A stretch of DNA of 64,000 nucleotides from an uncultured Candidatus Bathyarchaeia archaeon. Lineage in GTDB: Archaea > Thermoproteota > Bathyarchaeia > Bathyarchaeales > Bathyarchaeaceae. Each line of letters opens with the position of its first letter. Positions within the stretch are counted from its first letter, which is position 1. The stretch is from positions 4,548 to 68,547 of the forward strand of contig CAZUDX010000006.1 in assembly GCA_964618695.1 (NCBI GenBank), in the 5' to 3' direction. The notes beneath the pieces are model-generated. The model ran no database searches. It saw nothing but the letters and a program-made list of their open reading frames with translations, and had not been told where the DNA came from. Below are positions 1 to 10,292 of the stretch, piece by piece. Both the position numbers and the translations under genes were made by a program.

Positions 1-42
1 CAATTAACATGCAAATTGCCCTGAAAAACACACGCAACAAAA

Positions 43-100
43 ACAAAAGGGAAAGTTTGGGAGACATGACGCTGAAGGGCGTTCAAATCCCACCGCACCA
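43..100. repeat. tRNA-3'-end-like intergenic element, copy 1 (A-rich leader, GAGACAT core, GTTCAAATCCCACC, GCACCA end)
   Basis: Aligns by eye with copies at 7173, 8634 and 10293. Contains a T-loop-like GTTCAAATCC and ends in GCACCA. No D or anticodon arm could be found. Confidence 0.4.
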
Positions 101-137
101 TTATAAGTAAAATTGAGAGTTTTTTGGCTGTTTAGGT

Positions 138-1958
138 TTAGCTTTCGATTAGTCCGTCTTCTATTTTGATCTGTTTTTGGGCATAATCAGCGATGTCTTG
201 TTCGTGGGTGATAATTATTATCGTGGTTTTAGTTTCTTCATGAAATTTTTTGATTAAATCCATAACTTGCTTACCCGTTTTCGAATCCAAATCGCCAGTG
301 GGTTCATCCGCAAACAAGACCTTAGGCCGATTAGTTAATGCCCGCGCTATGGCTACACGCTGCAATTGTCCACCACTCAGCTGAGCCGGATATTGTTTGG
401 CTTGTTTGTTAATTCCAACGCCTTCAAGAAGTTCCTCTATTCTGTTTTTCAAGTCTTTACTAAACCCTGCGAGATCAGCAGGCAGAGCTACGTTCTCACG
501 AGCATCGAAGTGCGGTATTAACGCATAACTTTGGAAGATGAAACCCATCTCCAACAACCTAGCCCTCGATTTTTCTGAATCGCCTGAACGATGCAGATCT
601 TTTCCTTTGAAAAAGACAACCCCATAATCGGGTTCATCTAATCCAGCCATACAATTTAACAGCGTGGTTTTCCCAGCTCCAGAGTTGCCAACTATTGCCA
701 CAAACTCGCCATCTTTAATGTCAAGGTCTACCCCTCTAAGGGCATAAACTGTAGTCTGTCCAAGACGATAGTTCTTCACTAAACCCCTAACGGAGATAAT
801 GTGTTCAACAGAAGTTTCAAACGCTTGCGGAGTTCGGGGACTGAAGAGGCTGGATTGATATGTGAAAAAGGGAAGATCTGAGCCAAAAAAGTCCAACCAC
901 AACTTCAAAAGTTCTGCTTCAACAAACAAGTCAGAACTCAATTCAGCCATAGTTAGGAGAGCGAGTTTAAATTCGTCTACGGATTTTGTGGTTTTTACTC
1001 CATTCTTTGTTTCATCCAGATAATCCTTCAGTTTTATTTGGCATCCTTCGAGTTTGTCTTGAACCTCAGTCAAAAGACTTCTGCCTTGATTTATTTTCCA
1101 AGACATCTGTCTAACTGCTGTCCTCAAGTCTTCAGAAAGTTCTATGAAAGGATGGTTCTTGAAGAAGGTTTTAGGTTCATTGAATAATTTGAAGATGCTG
1201 GCAATTGTTTTGTCCATGTTTTGGAGTGAACTAATTTTTGCTGAGAGGATTCGTAGGAACATTTCAAGTTTGGTTTGTATCTCGGGGTTGCTGCTTCTGT
1301 AGTGTGTTCCGTGAAGACCTAACTTCAAACATTCTAAGACTCTGTTCATTTCCCGCAGTTGACGTAATGTAGGGTCTAAAAATAGGCAAAAGAAATTGAG
1401 AAACGCTAGCTTGTCAACCATCGCTTCCAAATTAGCATCTTGCTTAACATCTGACACTTTGAAAACTGGAGATTGCCATCCTGAAAGGTAGAACTGCACT
1501 TTTTCCTCTTCGTTTAAGTTCCAAATGGCCGTCATACTATTGGTCTGGAATTCACAGAATTTGGTTGGCAACTCTGAAATCAATTTTTTCAATCGAAGAT
1601 CGAATGCTTTTTCAAGCTTGGGATCGATCTCCTTCAGGAAGTTTTTAACGATTTGCGATGTTTCCTTCAGTTCCCGTTTACCTTTCAGGTGTTTTTGGAG
1701 TTTGGATTTGTTTTTGATGTAGTACCTTTTGAGACGAAGATGAATTTTGTTCTGGATTGCCTCTAGTTTCTTGGGGTCAAACGGTTTTTCTAAGGGCTTG
1801 TCTGCAGCCAAAAAGATAAAGGCGTTGTGTTCTTTAAAATTCATATTTGATTTGGGTATCTTCAGGGGTTTCCTTAAGTCTTTGATTAGATTTCTAGCCA
1901 ATTTGGAATTTTCTGAAGGAACGGACTTGTCTATTAGAGCAGAAAAATAGGCTTTCAT
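138..1958 (-). CDS. ABC transporter ATP-binding protein with ~390-aa non-membrane N-terminal extension of unknown function
   Basis: C-terminus has Walker [11 protein letters not shown], signature [15 protein letters not shown] and Walker [12 protein letters not shown]. The N-terminal ~390 aa are K/E/L-rich with no recognisable motif. The start (cat 1956-1958) overlaps the upstream stop by 4 nt. Confidence 0.85.
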   Translation of the reverse strand: MKAYFSALIDKSVPSENSKLARNLIKDLRKPLKIPKSNMNFKEHNAFIFLAADKPLEKPFDPKKLEAIQNKIHLRLKRYYIKNKSKLQKHLKGKRELKETSQIVKNFLKEIDPKLEKAFDLRLKKLISELPTKFCEFQTNSMTAIWNLNEEEKVQFYLSGWQSPVFKVSDVKQDANLEAMVDKLAFLNFFCLFLDPTLRQLREMNRVLECLKLGLHGTHYRSSNPEIQTKLEMFLRILSAKISSLQNMDKTIASIFKLFNEPKTFFKNHPFIELSEDLRTAVRQMSWKINQGRSLLTEVQDKLEGCQIKLKDYLDETKNGVKTTKSVDEFKLALLTMAELSSDLFVEAELLKLWLDFFGSDLPFFTYQSSLFSPRTPQAFETSVEHIISVRGLVKNYRLGQTTVYALRGVDLDIKDGEFVAIVGNSGAGKTTLLNCMAGLDEPDYGVVFFKGKDLHRSGDSEKSRARLLEMGFIFQSYALIPHFDARENVALPADLAGFSKDLKNRIEELLEGVGINKQAKQYPAQLSGGQLQRVAIARALTNRPKVLFADEPTGDLDSKTGKQVMDLIKKFHEETKTTIIIITHEQDIADYAQKQIKIEDGLIES

Positions 1959-2704
1959 CTTTTTTTCTCCTTCCTTGTTGAATGATTGTCTTCTATCCCT
2001 GAGATTTTGCCGTCAGTCATATGAACTATATAATCACATTTTTCTGCAATCCATCGATTGTGAGTTACAAGAACTAGAGTTTGTTGATTGATCTTGTTTA
2101 TGTGCCGAAAGAGGTCCATAACGTCAGAACTTGTTGCAGAGTCCAGGTCGCCAGTGGGTTCATCTCCTAAGATGATTGCGGGCTGATTGATTAGAGCTCG
2201 AGCTACAGCAACTCTTTGTTGTTGACCCCCAGAAAGTTCTGTGGGTAAGTGATACAGGCGATCTCCCATTCCCAATTCGCGTAGCATCATCTTGGCTTGT
2301 TCTCTAGCTAGTCCAGAGTTTATTCCTCTTAGTAATAATGGAGTTTCTACATTTTCTACAGCAGTTAAGAATGGAAAGAGGTTGAATAACTGAAAAATGA
2401 AACCTATTTTGTCCCTGCGAAAGGCTGTCATTTGTCCATCAGACAGGGTTGAGGTGTCTATTCCATCGATTATGATTTCTCCAGCCGAACGGCGATCCAA
2501 GTGACCTATCATGTTGAGTAGGGTAGTTTTTCCACATCCTGAAGATCCCATAATTGCCATCATGTCTCCTTTTTTAACAGTTAGATCTACACCTTGGAGT
2601 GCATGAACCTCGTTTGATTTGCCCTCGTTGTAACGTTTATGCAGGTTTGAGATTTCGAGGATTACCTTTTTGGAGTTTTGATCGCTCTTGTTTGTCTTTT
2701 TCAT
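1955..2704 (-). CDS. ABC transporter ATP-binding protein (MacB/LolD-like)
   Basis: Motifs GSSGCGKTTLLN, LSGGQQQRVAVARAL and [12 protein letters not shown] chose the internal ATG at 2704 (MKKTNKS...), which overlaps the permease stop as ATGA. The longer ORF start at 2821 runs inside the permease gene. Confidence 0.9.
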   Translation of the reverse strand: MKKTNKSDQNSKKVILEISNLHKRYNEGKSNEVHALQGVDLTVKKGDMMAIMGSSGCGKTTLLNMIGHLDRRSAGEIIIDGIDTSTLSDGQMTAFRRDKIGFIFQLFNLFPFLTAVENVETPLLLRGINSGLAREQAKMMLRELGMGDRLYHLPTELSGGQQQRVAVARALINQPAIILGDEPTGDLDSATSSDVMDLFRHINKINQQTLVLVTHNRWIAEKCDYIVHMTDGKISGIEDNHSTRKEKKR

Positions 2705-5700
2705 CCTACATACCTCAATGCCTCTGCGGGAGGAATTCTTGAAGCTGCAATCGCAGGGAGTGAACCTGACCCTAATGCTATTAGAACAATAATGGAAAGA
2801 TACAATCCAATTTCTTCCCAAGGAATCACAAGTGCTGTGTTTTGCATGTTTGCAAAACCCGTACTCACAAGCAATCCGTTGATTACTCCGATGATTAATC
2901 CGATTATTCCAAGTACCACCAGTTCAAGGAGAACTGAAAGAATAACTTGTCTTCTGGGAAATCCTATGGCACGCATCATCCCAATCTCCCGTTTTCTTTC
3001 GGAAACATTTCGAACCGCAATGACGCCCATGCCTACTGCTCCTATTGCTAAACCAAATGTTACGTAGATTTGTAGAAAAGATGATATTCGATCCAACATC
3101 TCCAAGGTGGACTCGATTCTTGAATAGGTTAGAGTGGAACTTGCAACAAAGAAGTTGTCAGTTGCCAGAAGGCGATATCCCTCGTCGTTTGTATTTGTGA
3201 ATTCTTCAATTGCCTGAGCTATATCCTCAAGTTGAGGATCGTCAATTGGGAGATTGGTTTTAATCAGATAAGAGTCGTATTGGTCTTTCTCCCTTGAGGT
3301 TAAGGTTTTGCCGTTTGCTTCACCTAGATAATTTGTTTGGTTTGCCCAATTTTCGGGTAGGTATAGTGTTCCTAGAATTGAGCTAAAATCAGATTCGCCT
3401 GATCCAAAATCTAATCCAGCCCCCAAAGGGAAACCCCCACCACGTTGACTGTCAAGAGTGCCCCCAATTGTGAAAGCTTGATAATTAGGCAATCCAACTG
3501 ATGAAGTATTCATTGGTATCCAGATTTGAAGTCCAACAGGTAGAAGAAATGAATCTGTGAAAACTATTGGGTTTTTGATAATGTCACCATCTTCATCCTT
3601 CAGAGGCGCAACTCCTTCAAGAGGGTCCTCACCTGAACCTCCTATAGCTCCTGACTGAAATTCGGAAAGGTCAATTTCTCCGGTAAATATGGCAAGTAGA
3701 TCAGATGTAACATTGTATGCAGCCATATTGTATTGGGGATCGAAAATTTGATCCCAAGCTTTTTTCGATAGGTCTAGCATTTCAGTATCGGAGAGGTCTG
3801 AAGTAACAGATTCACGTATACCATCAGGAAAACCATTTAGATAAAAGGCGTAACGCCAGTTGGGATCTGAATAGTCTGAAGCATTGCCTCGGATCTGCTC
3901 TGACTTGAATTCTCCTGTTCCGATTGGAAGCAAATCCGTTCTAGAGTCAAACTCAGACGAAAGGGGGTTTTCCAAGGCTATGAACTTTGAAAAATCTTGA
4001 CCGGGTTGAAAAGTTTTGAAACCAATTACATCTATTATGCGGTCATCAATCTTGTAAAGCTCATCTGAATAAGATGTGCCGGGAATGATTGCCTCAGGCT
4101 TACTCAAGAAGACTGCAAAATCTACGCCTCTAGAGTCTTCTTCAATCTGAGTTGCAGTTCCTAAGCTTGTAGGGATTAACGCAGCCACAACAACATTAAG
4201 AGTTAATATGACCGCAAAAATGGCAAAGGTTAGAGTGGAACGAGTGATATGCGAGGATATTAATGATGGTGATATCTGACCAACACCCTTTACACCCCGA
4301 ATGTTTATCAGGATGCCCCTTAAACCACGCATCACAATGGGTAGATTGAGGGCAACGAACATTATAGAACCAATTATTATCTCAATAATTCCCAGAATCA
4401 GGATTTCAATGGATAATCCGGTAATGTCTGTTACCCAGTTACCCATAGCTACAACAAACAGGATTGAGGGAATAGCCCAGAGGGTGACAGCGGTTATATT
4501 GAAAGCTTTAACCCTGTCCATGAACCGCGAGAGAACAAGACCTAGACCTCCCGTGAATAATCCGAATCCCATCATGAGGGTTCTCCATTCTTCTAGGGTG
4601 TCCCATCCTTCACTAACCCAAAAGACTTGATGTGTTTCATCAAACACTCCGTTGGTCAGAAGAAGAATGATGCCCGCAACAATCAATAGAACACCAAGGG
4701 CTGCTAGGTTCCGACTGGATTTTGCTTTGAATTTCACTTTTATTCCACGAAGAGCCTCTACAACGTTAACTCGAGAAGCCCTTAGAGCTGGAAGAATTCC
4801 AGTTATTATGCTTAGGACCACACCTACAATGACGGATAAAATAACTGCTTCTTGAGAAACAACTGGTTGAACACTTAGTTCGCCAGTTCCAAATAATCCT
4901 ACAAGATACATGGCTACAGCTTGACCAAAAGCTAATCCTCCGACAAATCCTAGAATTCCTCCGATTATTCCTTGGAATAAGTTTTCAATCATTATTGATT
5001 GGAAAATTCCCCTGCGATTGGCACCTACGGCTCGTAGAACCCCTGTTTGAAATTCTCGGTCTTCTACACTCATAAGCTGAATGTTAGTGATGAGTAAAAC
5101 ACCAGTTAAAGTGATAAGGAAACCCAAAGAGGTCAAGATTGTGCTAAGTAGTGTGATGAAGAATTCTGCGAAACCAAAGAAATCTAAACGAGCCGAAGTG
5201 ACCTGATAAATTTTTTGTGCTTCACCTGTTTGAGGGTCAACTTCTTCGGGAATTGCATCCTCTAATGATTCTACTTTAGTTCTCAAATAATCTTCGTCTA
5301 TTTCTAGGATAAAATGGTCTGCTTTGTAGGTCACCAAAAAAGCGCTTATAATGTCTGTTTCCCGTTTAGGGTCTTGCAAGCTAATCCAATCCTGCAGATG
5401 CTCCAACTTGAATACAGCTCCAGAATATTGGGAGCCAATTCCTGGACGATTAGAATCGAAAATACCAACTACCTGCAGTTCCACTCTTGAGATTTCTGGA
5501 GTAAATGAGATGATAGGTAATCGGGAGGAACCGTTTAGAGTTGGAGTCTCGAAGGCAATTTCGCTTATGTTAATGCTCGCCCGTGTTCCATTGAAACTTA
5601 TGATTGCTATGTAGGCGTCTCCTCTAAGTGTTCTTCCGGCATAGGGAGTCAAATCAAAAGGTAAAGCGTTAAGCGTAGCAATGTCCGTCCCGTTTGCTAC

Positions 5701-6525
5701 ATCAATTTTGCTTCCATTATCCAAGAAGAAACCTAATATAACTCCTGCATTGCTGGTGCCTGTGGCTGTTACGTTAATGTAAGAATAGTTTGATAAATTC
5801 AGTTGTGGGCAGTTGAGCGTATAAATTGTTACACTGCTCATGAAATCAGCTGGTTGAAGTTCAAGATATAGATTAGACACGCTGCTGTTGAGAACATATT
5901 CAGCATTTGTGAGGTTTGTGTTTATTATCCATTCAGACAAAGGAACAATTGGTGGGATGATAGTTGTTGTGAGGTTGGTAAATTCCGTGGTTAAAGTGAC
6001 TGGTAGTTGCGTCTCTTGGTTTAGTCCTAGTTGTTCAGCTTGATCGCTAGATAATAAGATACTTTTATTATCGTTTAGGAGAAGGCTTATGTCCATTTGT
6101 TCTCCGGTTTTCCAATCATAAAACGTTCCAAACGCATCTGGATAATCTAATGGAATTCCAGCAGTGGTCATTTTAGGGTCAAATTGACTGGATATCAATG
6201 CTGGGATTTGTGTAGTGAGCTCGGGCATGACTCCTACTGCATCAGGAACTAGGTTTTTTATTGAATCTTGATCGGCAATGCTTAGGTATCCACCCTGAGT
6301 ACTATTTAAAACTCTAAGATCGACTTCTCCTTCGCCTTGAAGAAGGCTTGTTAAAAAAGTATTCTCTAGAGTATCCGTTGTTATCGTAATTCCAACAAGC
6401 AAAGTGACACCTAAAGTTACAGCCAAGACTGCACTAAGATTCTTAGTTTTTCTTCTTGACAACGCCCGCCAAGCAATCATAAAACTAGATTTCAATCCCA
6501 AAATTTTCACCACATGTAATTTCAC
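2701..6525 (-). CDS. Giant (1274 aa) FtsX/MacB-type ABC permease with two FtsX-like TM modules and large extracytoplasmic domains
   Basis: N-terminal TM following AWRALSRRKTKN, which is typical of the FtsX family. There are a central and a C-terminal cluster of TM helices, and the C-terminus reads ...LPAIAASRIPPAEALRYVG. Long N-glycosylation-sequon-rich soluble regions lie between them. Confidence 0.85.
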   Translation of the reverse strand: MKLHVVKILGLKSSFMIAWRALSRRKTKNLSAVLAVTLGVTLLVGITITTDTLENTFLTSLLQGEGEVDLRVLNSTQGGYLSIADQDSIKNLVPDAVGVMPELTTQIPALISSQFDPKMTTAGIPLDYPDAFGTFYDWKTGEQMDISLLLNDNKSILLSSDQAEQLGLNQETQLPVTLTTEFTNLTTTIIPPIVPLSEWIINTNLTNAEYVLNSSVSNLYLELQPADFMSSVTIYTLNCPQLNLSNYSYINVTATGTSNAGVILGFFLDNGSKIDVANGTDIATLNALPFDLTPYAGRTLRGDAYIAIISFNGTRASINISEIAFETPTLNGSSRLPIISFTPEISRVELQVVGIFDSNRPGIGSQYSGAVFKLEHLQDWISLQDPKRETDIISAFLVTYKADHFILEIDEDYLRTKVESLEDAIPEEVDPQTGEAQKIYQVTSARLDFFGFAEFFITLLSTILTSLGFLITLTGVLLITNIQLMSVEDREFQTGVLRAVGANRRGIFQSIMIENLFQGIIGGILGFVGGLAFGQAVAMYLVGLFGTGELSVQPVVSQEAVILSVIVGVVLSIITGILPALRASRVNVVEALRGIKVKFKAKSSRNLAALGVLLIVAGIILLLTNGVFDETHQVFWVSEGWDTLEEWRTLMMGFGLFTGGLGLVLSRFMDRVKAFNITAVTLWAIPSILFVVAMGNWVTDITGLSIEILILGIIEIIIGSIMFVALNLPIVMRGLRGILINIRGVKGVGQISPSLISSHITRSTLTFAIFAVILTLNVVVAALIPTSLGTATQIEEDSRGVDFAVFLSKPEAIIPGTSYSDELYKIDDRIIDVIGFKTFQPGQDFSKFIALENPLSSEFDSRTDLLPIGTGEFKSEQIRGNASDYSDPNWRYAFYLNGFPDGIRESVTSDLSDTEMLDLSKKAWDQIFDPQYNMAAYNVTSDLLAIFTGEIDLSEFQSGAIGGSGEDPLEGVAPLKDEDGDIIKNPIVFTDSFLLPVGLQIWIPMNTSSVGLPNYQAFTIGGTLDSQRGGGFPLGAGLDFGSGESDFSSILGTLYLPENWANQTNYLGEANGKTLTSREKDQYDSYLIKTNLPIDDPQLEDIAQAIEEFTNTNDEGYRLLATDNFFVASSTLTYSRIESTLEMLDRISSFLQIYVTFGLAIGAVGMGVIAVRNVSERKREIGMMRAIGFPRRQVILSVLLELVVLGIIGLIIGVINGLLVSTGFANMQNTALVIPWEEIGLYLSIIVLIALGSGSLPAIAASRIPPAEALRYVG

Positions 6526-6545
6526 TAAAAATCCAGAATGGCAGG

Positions 6546-7079
6546 TTAATTCTCCTTTTCAACTCTCTTAATGATTTTTTCAAGTTTTGTAGAATAGTCC
6601 TTTAAAGCCTCAGCTAATTCTTCAACGTCCTTGTCCGAAAGTCTATCAGAATTTTGGCGCAAAAAAATGAAGGACTTCATTAATTTCTTAACATATTCTT
6701 TTGACCCACAAAATCTTCCATTATCCCCTGCAAGGTCAAAACCACCTACTAACATAGGTGCAAGGAATTCCATTTTTTTTAAGAATTCCTTCCCAAACGC
6801 TTTTTGTTTTTCAAAGAACTTTTTTCCTTCTTCTGTAAAACTGTAGCGTTTAATTCCGAGTTCGTCCTTGGGCAACTCTTCGGTGAAACCTTTTTTGTGT
6901 AACCGAGCTAAGAGTGGATAAATTGATCCTGGACTGGGTTTCCAGCTTCCAGTTTGTTGTTCAATTTCTTCTACGATTTCTGCTCCAGACATGGGTTTTT
7001 CGCTGATCATCTTTAGAACTAAGAATCTGAGAAGACCTCTTGGAACACCTACTGTTCTGCCTTTCCCACTGACACCCAT
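6546..7079 (-). CDS. PadR-family winged-helix transcriptional regulator
   Basis: LLRFLVLKMISEKPMSGAEIVEEIEQQTGSWKPSPGSIYPLLARLHKKGF matches the PadR wHTH pattern. It lies 20 nt upstream of the permease on the same strand. Confidence 0.8.
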   Translation of the reverse strand: MGVSGKGRTVGVPRGLLRFLVLKMISEKPMSGAEIVEEIEQQTGSWKPSPGSIYPLLARLHKKGFTEELPKDELGIKRYSFTEEGKKFFEKQKAFGKEFLKKMEFLAPMLVGGFDLAGDNGRFCGSKEYVKKLMKSFIFLRQNSDRLSDKDVEELAEALKDYSTKLEKIIKRVEKEN

Positions 7080-7172
7080 TTAATCACCGTAATATCGCTA
7101 GTAATATCACTTGCGATATATAACCTTTGTGAATTTTATATCATCAAAATGTGAAACGGATGCAATTTTTTG

Positions 7173-7280
7173 AAAAAAGGGGAGTTGTGGTAGGTATCTC
7201 CACCCTGTAGGGAGTTCGAATCCCACCCCCCTGCACCCTTACTTCGTTTTAGGTTAATAAAACGCAATGATTCCAATTAA
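7173..7280. repeat. tRNA-3'-end-like element copy 2 plus shared downstream segment (ACTTCGTTTTAG..AAACGCAAT)
   Basis: AAAAAAGGGGAGTTGTGGTAGGTATCTCCACCCTGTAGGGAGTTCGAATCCCACCCCCCTGCACCC, followed by a ~45-nt tail homologous to 8724-8772. Confidence 0.5.
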
Positions 7281-7358
7281 TCTCTATCAAGACATCAGCC
7301 CCCACACTTATTGCTCATCACTTAAGATGCCAACATCAAAATTTAATGGCAAGTATTG

Positions 7359-7410
7359 GAAAAAGAAGGTTGCGGGAGATATATCCAGCAAAAGTGAAAA
7401 CTGCAAACTC
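7359..7410. repeat. Partial or deleted copy of the same element family (leader + TTGCGGGAGATATATCCAGC + AAAACTGCAAA)
   Basis: Matches the 5' part of the 10293 copy (TTTGCGGGAGACATCTCCAG) and the AAAAACTGCAAA found ~70 nt after that copy. The T-arm-like middle is missing. Confidence 0.25.
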
Positions 7411-7561
7411 TCTTAATATAAAATCACATTAACCCTTACCCACAGTTTTGGGCTGTGCAAGTTACCTATTATATCTTAAACTTTTGAATTACACCTTCTC
7501 GGTTTTGTTCTAACATTTTGGTTCAATCTTTAAAAATGGTTTTTTACTAAAAAAATAGGTT

Positions 7562-8497
7562 TTAAAGGTAGATTGTAAAATGGAGACGTTCAACTAATTC
7601 TTTGTAGCGGTTTCTTATGGTTACTTCTGTTACTTGAGCAATCTCCGCTATCTCTCTTTGTGTTTTTCTTTCTCCCGTTAATACAGAGGCAATGTAACTC
7701 GATGCTGCTGCAATTCCAGTTGGTCCTCTTCCTGAAGTTAGTTTCAATTCTTTGGCTGCAAAAAGAATTTTATGTGCAATCTCTTCAACCTTACCTTGTA
7801 TTGTCAGCTGATTACAAAATTTAGTAATATATTGGCTAGGTTTTACTGGTTTAATGAAATAGTGGAGTTTCTTTATCAAGAAACGATAGCTGCGTCCAAC
7901 CTCTTTTTTGCTTATTTGTGAAGCCTGCGAGATGTCTTCTAAAGTTCTTGCTACTCCACACTGTCGGCAAGCCACGTAAATAGCGGCTGCTGTTACGCCT
8001 TGAATAGATCTTCCACGTATGAGACGTTGCTTGACTGCTTTTCGATAAATAACTGAAGCGGTTTCAAGAATGTTTCTAGGTAAATTGAGATTATTTGCTA
8101 TCTTAGACATTTCAGAAAGGGCAAAAGCAAGATTCCGTTCAGTGGCGTCAGAGACCCTAATTCGTCTTTGCCACTTCCGCAACCGGTAAATTTGAGCCTT
8201 CTGACCTTGAGGAAATCTTTGACCATGAACATCTCGATCATGCCAATCTATTGTAGTGGAAAGTCCTTTATCGTGAATTGTAAACGTGGCAGGAGCACCA
8301 GCTCGTGCACGTTTTGCACGCTGCTCGGCATCAAAAGCTCTCCATTCAGGTCCTTGATTTGCCAGTTTTGTGACAACTACATAACCACAACTCATGCACA
8401 CGATTTCAGCAGATTCATTGTCTTTCATTAAGCGACTGCTTCCACATTCTGGGCACCCTCGAGTTGGCGGAGATGGTGATGCGTTTTCTGATTTCAT
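7562..8497 (-). CDS. tfb: Transcription initiation factor B (TFB/TFIIB)
   Basis: N-terminal Zn ribbon CPECGS...CMSCG followed by two cyclin-fold repeats. I chose the ATG at 8497 (MKSENASP...). A TATA-like TTATATAG lies ~15-25 nt upstream on the coding strand. Confidence 0.95.
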   Translation of the reverse strand: MKSENASPSPPTRGCPECGSSRLMKDNESAEIVCMSCGYVVVTKLANQGPEWRAFDAEQRAKRARAGAPATFTIHDKGLSTTIDWHDRDVHGQRFPQGQKAQIYRLRKWQRRIRVSDATERNLAFALSEMSKIANNLNLPRNILETASVIYRKAVKQRLIRGRSIQGVTAAAIYVACRQCGVARTLEDISQASQISKKEVGRSYRFLIKKLHYFIKPVKPSQYITKFCNQLTIQGKVEEIAHKILFAAKELKLTSGRGPTGIAAASSYIASVLTGERKTQREIAEIAQVTEVTIRNRYKELVERLHFTIYL

Positions 8498-8633
8498 TTT
8501 TTTCCGTCTATATAATCCAAATTTAGTGTATATAGAACACGATTGGCTAGTTGCTCGTGGGTTATTAATGTATGGGTTAACAGCTTCGTAAGTTGTGGGT
8601 GCAAGACCAAAGACATAAAAACATAGAAAAACC

Positions 8634-8772
8634 AAAAAAGGAGTTATGCGGTAGATATCATCATAAGTTGAGCAGAAAACACGATTTACTAGTGAATATT
8701 AATTCGAATCCAACTTCCTACCCTAACTTCGTTTTAGTTCAATTAAACGCAATCTCCACGATTACAGATTAA
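8634..8772. repeat. Degenerate, expanded copy (copy 4) of the tRNA-3'-end-like element plus shared tail
   Basis: AAAAAAGGAGTTATGCGGTAGATATC...AATTCGAATCCAACTTCCTACCC, then AACTTCGTTTTAGTTCAATTAAACGCAAT. It is in direct orientation to the 7173 copy and carries a ~35-nt internal insertion. Confidence 0.45.
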
Positions 8773-8919
8773 CCCAGAACAATTTCTATTTTCTTATCTT
8801 GAAATTTAAAAAAGGACGAGTTGTGAAATGCTCGCGTACCAATTCCACATGTGTTCACTGGTTTTGATTGATTGTGCGTGCACTCGGTGTTACTGACACA
8901 GAAGATATGCAGATTTGAT

Positions 8920-9198
8920 TCAGCCGATAATTTCTACTGGACTTGCCAGAGCTTGGCCCGGAATACCCTTTCGGAAACGAGCCCTAACGAGGCCGTTCTT
9001 TCCATGCAACGCCACGATTTTTCCTCGAGCCTTATGTTTTCCGACAGGCCACGCGACCTTTCGACCTATAAGTCGCGCCGCCCTGCCAACTGATTTAATG
9101 CCGGGGAAACGGAGGATGTATTCTTTTGGCTTCTGGGTTTTCAGTCCTCTCCGACAACTCACGATGACGCCTTCACCGGTTTTAGACACAACATTCAC
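8920..9198 (-). CDS. rpl35ae: Ribosomal protein eL33 (L35Ae)
   Basis: Its 92-aa length and sequence (...GRKVAWPVGKHKARGKIVALHGKNGLVRARFRKGIPGQAL...) are typical of archaeal L35Ae. Confidence 0.9.
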   Translation of the reverse strand: MNVVSKTGEGVIVSCRRGLKTQKPKEYILRFPGIKSVGRAARLIGRKVAWPVGKHKARGKIVALHGKNGLVRARFRKGIPGQALASPVEIIG

Positions 9199-9340
9199 TT
9201 CGCATTTAGGTGATATGTTATAATTAGGTGTAGAAACTCGGATATACCTTTTTAAAGTTGTGCCCTAAGCCCTCATGCGCATGCATCAAAGATCAACTTG
9301 GAATATTTCTTGCAAATACGATTGGTTGTTTGTTCAAGAG

Positions 9341-9559
9341 TTAATCTCTTTGTTCAGTGGCAAGTTTTTTCTGATTCTGAAGCTGAGTTATGTAGCCAGC
9401 TACTCTGTTTCTTAGTTTTTTCGAAGAAATGTTGGTGAAGGTGTCCACGAGTTTTTTGTTGTTTTCAAAGTCTGTTGTGAATTTGTCTGGAAACCGTTCC
9501 ACCAATTCTCGAGCTATTCTTTTCTCCAACTCGATTTTCACCTTACCCCAAGCTTTCAC
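9341..9559 (-). CDS. rps17e: Ribosomal protein eS17 (S17e)
   Basis: [44 protein letters not shown] matches the conserved S17e N-terminal domain. Confidence 0.85.
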   Translation of the reverse strand: MKAWGKVKIELEKRIARELVERFPDKFTTDFENNKKLVDTFTNISSKKLRNRVAGYITQLQNQKKLATEQRD

Positions 9560-9609
9560 TTGTCCTCCACGAACACGTAGTTCTCCTCTGCCTTAAACAC
9601 CAATGTCGT

Positions 9610-10170
9610 TTACTCGTAGAAAATAAGTTTTTTTTCCTCGAGTCTCTTATGGAGGTTGCCAACCGATTCGTAAACATCTTCTTCCTTGGTAGCTCCCGTA
9701 CAAACCAGTTTTCCACTGGCGAAGATAAGAAATACAACTTTTGGATCATCTACTCGATAAATTAGACCAGGAAACTGTTCGGGTTCATACATGGTTTTGC
9801 CGAGACTGTAAGCCGCTTCTTCAAGTTCTATTCTCCCTGAAAGATTCGCTGAGGCAACCATGTTCACTACTTTGATTTCAGGTTTGCCAGGGATTATTAT
9901 TCCACTATTCTTTAGTTCCCTTATAACCTTCTTAATTGCTCTTTTTGCCTCTTTTTCCGACTTGGCTCCGGTGCAAACCATCTTCCCAGAATTGAAGATT
10001 AAGGTAGCAGTTTTAGGTCTCTTTAACCTGAAAACCAAACCAGGAAACTGTTTCGGACGATATTCAACGGTTGGATTTCCCTTAACAACAGCGTTCAAGT
10101 CAATCCTCTGATTTAATGTACCAGTTGCTACGACATTTTCGATTCTGATAGAAGCTTCAACTCTGGGCAT
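9610..10170 (-). CDS. tbp: TATA-box binding protein
   Basis: Two direct repeats: IENVVATGTL...QFPGLVFRL...TATLIFNSGKMVCTGAKS and VVNMVASANL...QFPGLIYRV...VVFLIFASGKLVCTGA. Confidence 0.95.
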   Translation of the reverse strand: MPRVEASIRIENVVATGTLNQRIDLNAVVKGNPTVEYRPKQFPGLVFRLKRPKTATLIFNSGKMVCTGAKSEKEAKRAIKKVIRELKNSGIIIPGKPEIKVVNMVASANLSGRIELEEAAYSLGKTMYEPEQFPGLIYRVDDPKVVFLIFASGKLVCTGATKEEDVYESVGNLHKRLEEKKLIFYE

Positions 10171-10292
10171 CCGAATCCACCTTGATCATCATTAATCTGG
10201 AAGTTATTTAAATGGTTCCAAATGCGTTAAATCAGAAGGAATAATTATTTAGCCATCAGGTTTGGGGGGTTAAAATTTCCTCCTATTATTCT

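Noticed and set aside
2678-6525. Plus-strand ORFs 2678-3067, 4301-4630, 4652-4855 and 5351-5614
   Set aside because: They lie entirely antisense within the 1274-aa permease gene and have odd P/R/I-rich composition. They are shadow ORFs.
8498-8635. N-terminal extensions of TFB (to 8635), PFK (to 11551), uS15 (from 23658) and the wHTH gene (to 32377)
   Set aside because: The conserved protein N-termini begin at internal ATGs. The extensions are hydrophobic or odd and run into promoter-like or upstream-gene sequence.
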